DNA from: Nitrospinota bacterium
GTDB lineage: Bacteria; Nitrospinota_A; UBA7883; JACRLM01
Assembly (NCBI GenBank): GCA_016208975.1
Contig: JACQXA010000002.1
Coordinates: 74,848-138,847, forward strand
Direction: 5' to 3'
DNA: 64,000 nt
Below the pieces are notes generated by a model that made no database searches, was not told where the DNA came from, and saw nothing but the letters and a program-made list of their open reading frames with translations. A program made the translations under genes and the position numbers. Positions 20,736-29,302 of the stretch are shown here, in pieces (position 1 is the first letter of the stretch; each line of letters starts with the position of its first letter).

Positions 20736-20809
20736 AACAAGTCCCCCTTTTTTGGATTGATTGACAAGTGAATAACACTACAACCTGATTCCCTCCAGGT
20801 CATCGCGCC

Positions 20810-21280
20810 TCAGCGCCTTTTGTAAGAAGCCGTATATTCCCGGTAATACGCCGCCATTGCCGTCATTTCCACCGAGTTGGGATCTAACGGGTTTGCGGCC
20901 ATGGGATTTAACATGCAATAGTTGACCATCTGGTCAAGCGTCAGAATGTCCCCAGTCATTTTTACGTGGTGCGGCCACCCTTTAACCTTGTCGAGGTTCA
21001 GGTTCTCATGGTCCGCATGGCATGACATGCACGATAGGCCGCTGGTCCCCAGTGCTTCGGAGTTCCAAAGCTTCTTCCCCATGGACACGAGCTTTTCGTA
21101 ATCCGTGATCCTCTCCAGTCGAATGTGTTTCCTGTCATCCGATGACACCGCGGCTGGGGCGCATGGGTTGGGGGCGCTTCTTGAAGCGCCGCAGGGATTC
21201 TTGTTTTCTGCGGCCGCATTATTAGCGGCCCCGATACAAGCCGCCACTGTAATCAGGATTACCGTCAACGTTTTTACCAT
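20810..21280 (-). CDS. Monoheme cytochrome c, SoxA/TsdA-like (probable His/Cys ligation), with N-terminal NPC repeats
   Basis: Signal peptide; KNPC and PNPC; CMSCH; QMVNYCMLNPM resembles the SoxA/TsdA distal-Cys segment. Confidence 0.75.
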   Translation of the reverse strand: MVKTLTVILITVAACIGAANNAAAENKNPCGASRSAPNPCAPAAVSSDDRKHIRLERITDYEKLVSMGKKLWNSEALGTSGLSCMSCHADHENLNLDKVKGWPHHVKMTGDILTLDQMVNYCMLNPMAANPLDPNSVEMTAMAAYYREYTASYKRR

Positions 21281-21504
21281 TCCCGCCTCGTGTCTATAAT
21301 GTGGTGGTTATCTGAATAACCGGCATTGATAACGCCGGGCAGGCTCGGATGCCCTTTATGCGCGCCTTCCGGCGTAATCCCCGGCCTTCAGCGTCATCTT
21401 TATTGCCCCATATCCTTTTAACTCAAAGAATAATTTATTATACGCATTATGAGGTTTTGTCAATTCATTCACCCAAAATGCGCCACGGCCCTCTTTTTGG
21501 CGTT

Positions 21505-21744
21505 TCACGTTTTCCCTAACAGCCTGGCGATAATCCTGTCCTCCAGGCTTTTGCTTTCCGCGTCCGTGAGGGATGGCCCGTCAGAGAAATATTTCCTTAC
21601 GGCGCCGCGCAGGGCTCGCATGTGCCCCCAATATCTGGAACAGGGGCCGCACATGAAAAGATGCGCCATCTGTTTCAACTTACCCATATGGGAAAGCTCT
21701 TTCCCGGAGCCAAGGTTTTCGACAACTTCCTTGCACGACATCAT
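21505..21744 (-). CDS. Zinc-finger (zf-HC2/ZAS) anti-sigma factor
   Basis: MSCKEV...HLFMCGPC (Hx3Cx2C); directly follows the ECF gene. Confidence 0.85.
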   Translation of the reverse strand: MMSCKEVVENLGSGKELSHMGKLKQMAHLFMCGPCSRYWGHMRALRGAVRKYFSDGPSLTDAESKSLEDRIIARLLGKT

Positions 21745-21749
21745 GACTT

Positions 21750-22343
21750 TTAGCTCTTCCAGCCCGATTTTACCTCGAGGCACTCCCGCAACCTGTTTCG
21801 CGCCCTGTAAAGTAGCACTCCAAGATTAGTGACGGTAATCCCCAGGGTATTACAGATTTCTTCACTCTCCAGGTCGTCCACTTCCTTCAGCGTGAACGCG
21901 GCCCGCTGGGTTAATGGAAGCTTTTCGAGACACGCATGGAACTTTTCCGATGTCTCCGCGGCTAAAACAAATTCCTCGGGGCTGGCGGGCGGCCTCACCC
22001 AATGGCCCCGTAAATCGAACCTCGCCGCCACAACATCGTCCACGGGGTCGTGTTTCCGCAGTTTCGCCAGCTCCCGGCACTTCTCAAGCCCCTTCCTGTA
22101 AAGAATGGCGAATATAAACGTGCGGACGCTGGAACGCCCCTCAAAGGCGGGTACCTTCTCATAGAACGTGATCCAGGTGTCCTGAACCATTTCCTTGGCG
22201 GTTTCCGGGTCGAAACCCATCCCCACCGCCGCGTTATGCAAGTGCCTGGTGTAAGCCCGCACCAGCCGCTCAATGGAGGCCGCGTCTTGCGCCACCACTT
22301 TTTTAATGAACCCGGCCGAGCTTACATCCCACGCTTCCGCCAT
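21750..22343 (-). CDS. ECF sigma factor (TIGR02943/ECF13-like)
   Basis: FEGRSSVRT, FDLRGHW..P, EICNTLGI..NLGVLLYRARNRLRECLE. Confidence 0.88.
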   Translation of the reverse strand: MAEAWDVSSAGFIKKVVAQDAASIERLVRAYTRHLHNAAVGMGFDPETAKEMVQDTWITFYEKVPAFEGRSSVRTFIFAILYRKGLEKCRELAKLRKHDPVDDVVAARFDLRGHWVRPPASPEEFVLAAETSEKFHACLEKLPLTQRAAFTLKEVDDLESEEICNTLGITVTNLGVLLYRARNRLRECLEVKSGWKS

Positions 22344-22416
22344 GTCCCCCGTCACACATCCTCTTGGCATTTGCCGTTATGGCGCGCCCTATTTCTAATG
22401 AGAACGCCGCCTGTCC

Positions 22417-22908
22417 TTAAGACAACCCCGGCTCCAGCTTTCCGTTGAGGCCGATATATTTACCCGTCCGCAGATGCTTTTCCAGCCCGTCAACAACCTG
22501 GCCCAGCATCTTCCTCATCATCGGTCTCATCATCACCGGCCCCATGATCTTCCCGAATATCCCGCCTTTCATTTCGAAATGGACAGACAAGGTGAGCAGG
22601 GTCTTGCCCTGCCCCGCGTCCTTCAAATCGAAATGGACCACCCCCTCCTTTAGGGGCATGCTTCCGTCCCTTATTGCTACGGTCATGGATTCGCCCTCTT
22701 TCCATCCGGTCACCTCTTCATCCACATGCCCCTGGCCGTTATAGAACTCGCAAGTCCTCTTGGCGCCAACGCCGCATTTAACGGCGCTATGTAACGTGGA
22801 TTTCTCCACCATGGGGTGAAACACATGAACGTTGCCGAAATCGGAAAGCTTTTGCCACACTTCGCTCCGGGGCGCGTCCACCAGTTTCTCAAGCTTGAAC
22901 TCCGTCAT
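22417..22908 (-). CDS. SRPBCC/polyketide cyclase-like protein
   Basis: VDAPRSEVWQKLSDF...GVGAKRTC START-like pattern. Confidence 0.8.
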   Translation of the reverse strand: MTEFKLEKLVDAPRSEVWQKLSDFGNVHVFHPMVEKSTLHSAVKCGVGAKRTCEFYNGQGHVDEEVTGWKEGESMTVAIRDGSMPLKEGVVHFDLKDAGQGKTLLTLSVHFEMKGGIFGKIMGPVMMRPMMRKMLGQVVDGLEKHLRTGKYIGLNGKLEPGLS

Positions 22909-22954
22909 GGCTCCTCCTGAATTTATTGGAAGCGTTATCCGCTTTTAACGTGGC

Positions 22955-23374
22955 CTAGTTGCGGCAATATTTCTCCAAACCCAGAAGCGAAGCCCCCAGG
23001 GCCTCCCTTATCATCTGGCGCATTCCCTCGGCCACGTCCGCCCCGGCGGCGTAAGCCGACCACCAGGTAACCTGGGTGGCCCCGCCGTCCACGGCCTTCA
23101 CCTCTATCGTTCCTTCGTAACCTTCCACCGGCAAACCGCTGGTGATCCGGTATTTGAACCGTTTATGGCTCTCGTCTATCTCGTCCACAACTTCGTTCAG
23201 TTTTGTCCCGTCGCCCATTTCGCAGAACCTTTTGGAGCCGGGCCCAGCCCCCTCCACCCTGCAAGAAGTGATCATCGGCGACCATTTATCCACACCCCCC
23301 ACGGAAGCGATAACCTTCCACACCTTCTCGGCCGGAACCGAAAGCTTAACCATCACGCCCACTATCTCTTTCAT
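22955..23374 (-). CDS. SRPBCC/polyketide cyclase-like protein
   Basis: VPAEKVWKVI...WSPMITSC...GPGSKRFC. Confidence 0.82.
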   Translation of the reverse strand: MKEIVGVMVKLSVPAEKVWKVIASVGGVDKWSPMITSCRVEGAGPGSKRFCEMGDGTKLNEVVDEIDESHKRFKYRITSGLPVEGYEGTIEVKAVDGGATQVTWWSAYAAGADVAEGMRQMIREALGASLLGLEKYCRN

Positions 23375-23494
23375 TTCCCTCTCCTCTTTTTAAGGGTAAT
23401 TCGACCTGTTTAGCCAGAGTCTCCCCTTGTTAGTGGCGGGAGCCCCTGAAATCTTACATAGCAAAACGCACGTTTTGTTTTATGGCCCAAAAAA

Positions 23495-24073
23495 TCACCC
23501 CTCCAGCGCGGACAGGGCGGTTTCCACCACTTTATGAATCATCTTCCTGTCCTTAACCACCCTGCCGTAGATACTCAACCCCTGGACCACCATTAAAAAA
23601 TAGTTGGCCAGCGCCTTCGCGTTTTTGCCCGAAGCTATTTCGCCTTTCTTCTGGGCGGCCTTGATGGCGTCCTCCAGCAGGCCTGTCAGCTCCGCGCAAA
23701 AACCCGCCACCCGGGTGATGGCCCTGTCGTTCACCACGCTCTTTTCGGTCAAGGTGTTCACATACAGACAGCCCTTGTAATCCCTGGTGGCCATTATTGG
23801 CGGGAACGCGAAAAGAAACTCTTTGATGGACGGCAACCCTGGAGTTTCCCGGAGGCCGTTCACGGCCCGCGTCAGCACGGTGTGGTAATAGCTGTCAAGC
23901 GAAGCCTCGAAAAGCCCTTCTTTACTGCCGAACTCCCGGTACATGCTGAAGGTGTTCAGCCCCGTGGCGGCCACCAGATCGGCCATGGAGGCCGCTTCGA
24001 ACCCTTTGCTCCAGAAAACGAGCGCGGCCTGTTCCAGCACCTCGTCCCTGTCGTATTCTTTAGCTCGCGGCAT
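23495..24073 (-). CDS. TetR/AcrR-family regulator (NemR/ComR-like)
   Basis: MPRAKEYDRDEVL...FWSKGFEAASMADL...FGSKEGLF helix-turn-helix. Confidence 0.9.
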   Translation of the reverse strand: MPRAKEYDRDEVLEQAALVFWSKGFEAASMADLVAATGLNTFSMYREFGSKEGLFEASLDSYYHTVLTRAVNGLRETPGLPSIKEFLFAFPPIMATRDYKGCLYVNTLTEKSVVNDRAITRVAGFCAELTGLLEDAIKAAQKKGEIASGKNAKALANYFLMVVQGLSIYGRVVKDRKMIHKVVETALSALEG

Positions 24074-24093
24074 TTCCTGACCCTCCGGCCATT

Positions 24094-24123
24094 ATTATAT
24101 AAACGTTCATTTTGATATGTCAA
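24094..24123 (-). promoter_or_regulatory. Sigma70-type promoter of the TetR-SRPBCC unit
   Basis: Minus strand TTGACA-N18-TATAAT, about 20 nt upstream of ATG 24073. Confidence 0.65.
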
Positions 24124-24181
24124 TTCCCATTTATCTTCCAACAGCCGGGGGCCTCCCATCCGGGTTTTTCAGGCGCAACAG

Positions 24182-24203
24182 TCCTGACGCCACGCTGTCA
24201 GGA
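24182..24203. promoter_or_regulatory. Palindromic operator-like site
   Basis: TCCTGAC-N8-GTCAGGA upstream of the VOC fragment. Confidence 0.45.
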
Positions 24204-24271
24204 GCGGTCTGTTACATTCCCTCATGTCGTGACTGTTTTTAACCGGAAATCCTTTGAAGGAGGTCAACGTT

Positions 24272-24460
24272 ATGGGCTCAAAGAGGGGTCATGTGGCGGT
24301 TTGGTTCGAAATACCCGCCGCCAATTATCAGCGCGCCGTAGGATTTTATGAAAAAGTCTTCGCCGTTAAACTAAAGGAAGAAACCTTCGGCGGTATGAAA
24401 GGGGCTGTTTTATTGGGGCAAGGTGTGGACGATTTTAAACGCCAGCGCTCCGGCGAATAG
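24272..24460 (+). pseudogene. Truncated VOC/glyoxalase-family gene
   Basis: GGAGG RBS; VAVWFEIPAANYQRAVGFYEKVF VOC start, then similarity is lost and it stops at 62 aa. Confidence 0.65.
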
Positions 24461-24562
24461 TTTAATTACCAGCGCCAGCCACCGTCCGCATCCTCCTTAA
24501 CATACAAATTAAAGACCGGATTAACCGCTTCTGCTACCATATCGAAAGGGGGGATATATCTC

Positions 24563-26794
24563 ATGCCTTTTGAAATCGGAGAACGCATCGGGGGACGTTT
24601 CGAGATACACCGGATTTTCGGGGGAGCCGGAAAATCCGGGATGGGCGTGGTCTATGTTTGCTACGACCACGAAAAAGGGGGCGTGCTGGCCCTCAAGACC
24701 TATCAGGAGGGCTTCTTTTACGACAAGGCCCTTCTGGACAGTTTCAAGCGGGGCGCGCTGGCGTGGATCCATCTGGACAGGCACCCCAACGTGGTACAGG
24801 CGTATGGCGTATTCCAGCTGGGCGGGCGGCTTTACCTGGGCCTTGAATACATTGCCCCCGATCAGGAGGACCGCAACAACCTTACCCATTATCTCCGTGG
24901 CAAGATATCCCTGGAAAAAGCTTTACGGTGGGGTGTGCAGTTCTGTGACGCCATCGAACACGCCCGGTTGAAGGGGATCACCCCCCACCGGGACATCAAA
25001 CCCGATAACCTGATGGTCACCCGGACCGGGGATCTGAAGGTCAGCGATTTTGATTTGGCGGGGATTGGCAAGCTGGCCGCCCCGCCCGCGGACTCCCAAG
25101 GCTCTCCCCAAGCCGCGCATGGGCTTTCGTTCATAAATGCCGGTAACGGAAAAGTGGTGGCGGGCACCCCGCCATGGATGGCCCCCGAGCAGTTCGAAGG
25201 GGAGACGGATGTGCGGAGCGACATATACAGTTTTGGCGTCACTCTCTATCAGATGGCGGCTAAGGGCCAGCTTCCGATAGTATCCGATGACGGCGACTGG
25301 CGTTCGGCCCACTTAAAACAGACCCCGGAACCGCTAAAAAACATGCTTTGGCCCATAATCCAGCGCTGTCTTGATAAAAATCCGGCAAAGCGTTTCGGCG
25401 GGAGCGACCCGGCCAGCGGGTTTGTGGAGCTTAGGGACACGCTGGTTCAGCTGTGGGAGCGGGAAATGCCCAACATGCCCGTGCCGGAGCCGCCGGTTGG
25501 CAGGGTGTTCGAGGCGAAGGACCATTGCGAAAGGGGAGTGTCCTTCGCGGAGCTGGGCCTGCACGACCAGGCCTTGAGGGAATACAAGAAAGCCATAGAG
25601 CTGGATCCGGATTATCCCGTGGTCTATCTGAACGCCGGGGCTTCGCTGGCCCACAAGGGAATTTACAAGGAAGCGGTAAAGGCATACGCCAAGGCGCTCA
25701 AGCTGAACCCGGACATGGCGGAGGCCTACGCCAACTACGGCGCTATCTTAAAGGAAGAAGGGAAACTGGACGAGGCGGAAAAGGCCTATCGCAAGGCCAT
25801 CTCGCTCAAGCCGGAGCTGGCTGGAGCGTACGAAACGCTGGGGATCATCCTCTCCGAAACGGGCCGCAACGAAGAGGCCATCACCATAATCCGGAAAGCG
25901 GTGGAAAAAGACTCCTCCAACCCCGGCCACCATTACGCTCTGGGCGTATCGCTGGAGAGGGGCAAAAAACCCGAGGAGGCGTTCCTTTTTTTCCAGCAGG
26001 CGGTGAGGCTTGCTCCCAGCAATCCGCATTACCTTTACGGGCTGGGCAATTCATTCAGGATGCTGGGGAATATGCAGGGCGCGGTGGAGGCCTGGCAGGA
26101 ATGCGCCGCGATGGATCCGAAACATTCAATGGTCCGGTTCAACCTTGGCATTGCTTATGAGAGGGCGGGGTATCTGGACGGCGCCTGCTCATGGTACGAA
26201 GCGGCCATCAAGGCCGATCCGAAAGACCCCAGCGCTTATTACAATTACGGCCTGCTACTGGCCAACGCCACCATTTATGGCGATGCCGCCGACGCTTTCG
26301 AAAAGTTCGCGCAATACGCCACGCCGGAACTGGCCCAGCATGTGGAAACCGCGAAAGGGAACGCCGCCAGCCTTCGCGGCGAGGAAGAGCGTTACCAGAA
26401 GCTGATGGCGGACATGCCCGAGGCGGTGTACAACCGGGGGCTGGCCAATCTCAACCTGGGGCGGCTGGCCGCGGCAAAACCGTTTCTGGACAAAGCCAAC
26501 GCCATGCGGCAAGGCTACGGGCCAGCCCTGTGCGGGCTTGGCATCTGGCATGAGAAATCCGGCGATTTTACGAAAGCCGCTGAATGTTACCGCCGCTCGA
26601 TTTCCAGCGCCCCGGATTATGTGGTGGCCTGGAACAACCTGGGCTGGGCCAGCTATAACCTTGGCGATTTGAAGACCGCCAGGGAGGCTTACGAGAAGTA
26701 CCTGGCCGTAGCGCCACCGGAACAGAAAGCCTGGGCCGACGGGGCGCGGCAGGTTCTGGCCGAGATTAAAGCAAAGCTGGCCCAGGCGAGGTAA
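24563..26794 (+). CDS. Hanks-type Ser/Thr protein kinase with multiple C-terminal TPRs
   Basis: GKSGMGVVY, ALK, HRDIKPDN, DFD (DFG variant), GTPPWMAPE; more than 8 TPR-like repeats. Confidence 0.9.
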   Translation: MPFEIGERIGGRFEIHRIFGGAGKSGMGVVYVCYDHEKGGVLALKTYQEGFFYDKALLDSFKRGALAWIHLDRHPNVVQAYGVFQLGGRLYLGLEYIAPDQEDRNNLTHYLRGKISLEKALRWGVQFCDAIEHARLKGITPHRDIKPDNLMVTRTGDLKVSDFDLAGIGKLAAPPADSQGSPQAAHGLSFINAGNGKVVAGTPPWMAPEQFEGETDVRSDIYSFGVTLYQMAAKGQLPIVSDDGDWRSAHLKQTPEPLKNMLWPIIQRCLDKNPAKRFGGSDPASGFVELRDTLVQLWEREMPNMPVPEPPVGRVFEAKDHCERGVSFAELGLHDQALREYKKAIELDPDYPVVYLNAGASLAHKGIYKEAVKAYAKALKLNPDMAEAYANYGAILKEEGKLDEAEKAYRKAISLKPELAGAYETLGIILSETGRNEEAITIIRKAVEKDSSNPGHHYALGVSLERGKKPEEAFLFFQQAVRLAPSNPHYLYGLGNSFRMLGNMQGAVEAWQECAAMDPKHSMVRFNLGIAYERAGYLDGACSWYEAAIKADPKDPSAYYNYGLLLANATIYGDAADAFEKFAQYATPELAQHVETAKGNAASLRGEEERYQKLMADMPEAVYNRGLANLNLGRLAAAKPFLDKANAMRQGYGPALCGLGIWHEKSGDFTKAAECYRRSISSAPDYVVAWNNLGWASYNLGDLKTAREAYEKYLAVAPPEQKAWADGARQVLAEIKAKLAQAR

Positions 26795-26802
26795 CACGCC
26801 CG

Positions 26803-29199
26803 ATGAAGATGCTTCCCTATTCGCCCGGTGTGGTAGCCGCATGGCAAATAGCGGTGATGGAAACCACCGGCGCCCGCATGGCGCGCATCGCCCCGGAACA
26901 ATATCTTTGCGGCCTGATGAAGCTTGCCGAGGCCGCCGGATATATTGAGCGCTCGGGCCAGCTTGCCCCGGCGGACGAGCAGATATTGCGCATGGAGGTG
27001 GAAACCGTAAACCGCCTGCTCTCCCAATCGGGGATAGACCGGGTGGCCGCAAGACGCCGGTTGCGCCAGATTGTGGGAGTCGGGGCTTACGATTGGTCCG
27101 GCGAAAAGGTGGTCCACCGCGACGCGCTCCTCAAGAAAATGTTCGACCGTGGAAACGCCATCGCCACGGCTTTCCGGGCCCCGGCTGTAAACACCGTACA
27201 TTTGCTGGAAGCCGTTTGCGAATCCCCCACGCCAATTATCAAACGGCTGTTCCGGGAACTGAACGCGGAGCTTCCCGCGCTGGAACGGCTGGCGGAACAG
27301 GCCAACGGCGCTCTTGCTCCACCTCCCCAGCCCGGCGCGGAGCCGTTATCGCAAGATACGGTGTCACCGGGGGAAGCTCCCGCAGGGTCCGCCGAGAACG
27401 ACCTTAGAACGCTCGGGCGGGACCTTACGGCGCTGGCCAAGGCGGGCAGGATAGACCCTCTCATTGGCCGCCGGGAAGAACTTTCGCGGATCGAACGGGT
27501 CCTTACGAGAAAGACGAAATCCAACCCCGCGCTTGTAGGCGAGGCGGGCGTGGGCAAAACCGCCGTGGTGGAAGGGCTGGCGCTCCGCATCGCCCAAGGG
27601 GCCATAACCCCGGCGTTGCGGGATTGCAGGGTTGTGGAAATCCGCATGAGCGCCCTCATCGCTGGCACAAAATACCGGGGGGATTTTGAGGAGCGTTTAA
27701 ACCGCATCGTATCCGCCGCCGAGGCCGACCCGAAGCTTATCCTGTTTCTGGACGAGTTGCACACCCTCATAGGCGCCGGGGATGGCGGCGGAGGCGGGCT
27801 GGACGCGGCCAACATATTAAAACCGGCGCTGGCCCGGGGTTCCATGCGATGCATCGGGGCCACCACTTTCGACGAATACGAGCGGCGCATCGAGAAAGAC
27901 CCGGCGCTGGCGCGGCGGTTCATGAAGGTGGTCATCAACGAGCCGTCGGAAGATGAAGCCCTGGAAATCCTGCGCGGGGTAAAACCTGCGTTTGAGTCTC
28001 ATCACGGGATGGTGATAGAAGACACAGCCGTGGAAGCGGCGGTGCGCCTTTCGGCGCGATATTTAAAGGACCGGCGATTGCCCGACAAAGCCATAGATCT
28101 GCTGGATGAAGCCTGCTCCATGATAAAGGTGGAAACGCTTGGCCCTTCAACTGGCGCTAAACCCCTGGGGCCTGTCACGGCGCGGGCCGTGGCGGAAGTT
28201 GTGGCCGAGCGCACAGGGATAAACGTTACGGAAGCTGAAAACGGCCAGTCCGCCCGGTTTCTTGATCTCGAAGAAATCCTGCTGGCCCGCGTTGTGGGGC
28301 AGGACAATGCCGTGAGGGCCGTATCAGCCCGTTTGCGCGTTTCGGGCGCGGGCCTGCGCGACCCAGGCAAACCGGTGGGTGTCTTTCTGTTCATGGGGCC
28401 CACCGGAGTTGGCAAAACATACCTGGCCGAACAGTTGGCCATGGCGCTCTTTGGCGACGAACGCGGCATGATACGCATAGACATGAGCGAATTCATGGAA
28501 GCCCACACCGTGGCGCGGCTGACGGGCGCGCCTCCCGGCTACGTGGGGCACGATGAAGAGGGGCAGTTGACCGGGGCGTTGAAGAAGCGCCCTTACTCAC
28601 TGGTGCTCCTTGATGAGGTGGAGAAGGCCCATCCGCAGGTGTGGGACCTGTTCCTGCAAGTCTTCGATGACGGGCGGTTGACCGACGGCAAGGGGCGCAC
28701 GGTGGACGCTTCCCACGCGGTGTTCGTGATGACCAGTAACATCGGCTCCAACAAGGTTCGGGAACGACCCTTGGGATTCACCAGTCATGACGTGGAAAAC
28801 GATGATAGCCGCAAGGGTTACTTGATGGCCCTGGCGGAACGCTTCCGGCCAGAGCTGATCAACCGTATAGACGACGTGGTGGTGTTCAATCCACTGGATG
28901 AAGATGGCATCCGCTCCATCGCCCGCATGGCCCTGTCGGGCATTGGCGAGATTCTGGCGCGACGTTCCATTGCTTTTAATGCGGACGATGACGCTATCAA
29001 TATTATCGCCAGCAAAGGGTTCGACCCAACCTATGGCGCAAGACATCTGCGCCGCGTCATGGAAACACTGGTGGACAAACCTTTGAGCGAATATCTTCTA
29101 AAAGGCGAGATAACCGGCGGCGACACTATAACTATGAAGGTCCGGGGTGATGAAATAACTTTCGTTAAAACAGCGAAGCAAGCGGCGGAGAACGCTTGA
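26803..29199 (+). CDS. ClpA/ClpC-like Hsp100 AAA+ ATPase (Clp_N + two AAA modules, no middle domain)
   Basis: GEAGVGKT/LDELH; KYRG and GYVG pore loops; GPTGVGKT/LDEVEKA; LGF ClpP-docking loop. Confidence 0.9.
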   Translation: MKMLPYSPGVVAAWQIAVMETTGARMARIAPEQYLCGLMKLAEAAGYIERSGQLAPADEQILRMEVETVNRLLSQSGIDRVAARRRLRQIVGVGAYDWSGEKVVHRDALLKKMFDRGNAIATAFRAPAVNTVHLLEAVCESPTPIIKRLFRELNAELPALERLAEQANGALAPPPQPGAEPLSQDTVSPGEAPAGSAENDLRTLGRDLTALAKAGRIDPLIGRREELSRIERVLTRKTKSNPALVGEAGVGKTAVVEGLALRIAQGAITPALRDCRVVEIRMSALIAGTKYRGDFEERLNRIVSAAEADPKLILFLDELHTLIGAGDGGGGGLDAANILKPALARGSMRCIGATTFDEYERRIEKDPALARRFMKVVINEPSEDEALEILRGVKPAFESHHGMVIEDTAVEAAVRLSARYLKDRRLPDKAIDLLDEACSMIKVETLGPSTGAKPLGPVTARAVAEVVAERTGINVTEAENGQSARFLDLEEILLARVVGQDNAVRAVSARLRVSGAGLRDPGKPVGVFLFMGPTGVGKTYLAEQLAMALFGDERGMIRIDMSEFMEAHTVARLTGAPPGYVGHDEEGQLTGALKKRPYSLVLLDEVEKAHPQVWDLFLQVFDDGRLTDGKGRTVDASHAVFVMTSNIGSNKVRERPLGFTSHDVENDDSRKGYLMALAERFRPELINRIDDVVVFNPLDEDGIRSIARMALSGIGEILARRSIAFNADDDAINIIASKGFDPTYGARHLRRVMETLVDKPLSEYLLKGEITGGDTITMKVRGDEITFVKTAKQAAENA

Positions 29200-29227
29200 T
29201 GGATAGATGCGGGGGATTGAAATGATT

Positions 29228-29240
29228 TGGCTCCCTAAGG
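29228..29240. repeat. att-like repeat A (resembles tRNA-Asn 3' end)
   Basis: TGGCTCCCTAAGG, then ATGGGCAAT at 29261; the same core occurs at 30410, 31385 and 38901. Confidence 0.4.
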
Positions 29241-29302
29241 CATTTAACCCGTGCCACATGATGGGCAATAATAATTTTAGTGGGATGTTCCGTTCTGAGA
29301 TA

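Noticed and set aside
20463-20771. Plus-strand repeat ORFs (ARILGAG, AQGFL) opposite the NPC peptide
   Set aside because: Antisense shadows of the 15-bp repeats; the minus-strand frame has the signal peptide, RBS and operon context
21437-21463. Minus-strand TTGACA...TATAAT upstream of the NPC cytochrome
   Set aside because: Perfect hexamers but only a 15-bp spacer, outside the usual 16-18; not called as a promoter, though it could be a weak one
24563-29199. Type VI secretion (PpkA plus ClpV)
   Set aside because: No T6SS structural genes in the window; the kinase has no TM segment and the Clp has an LGF ClpP loop
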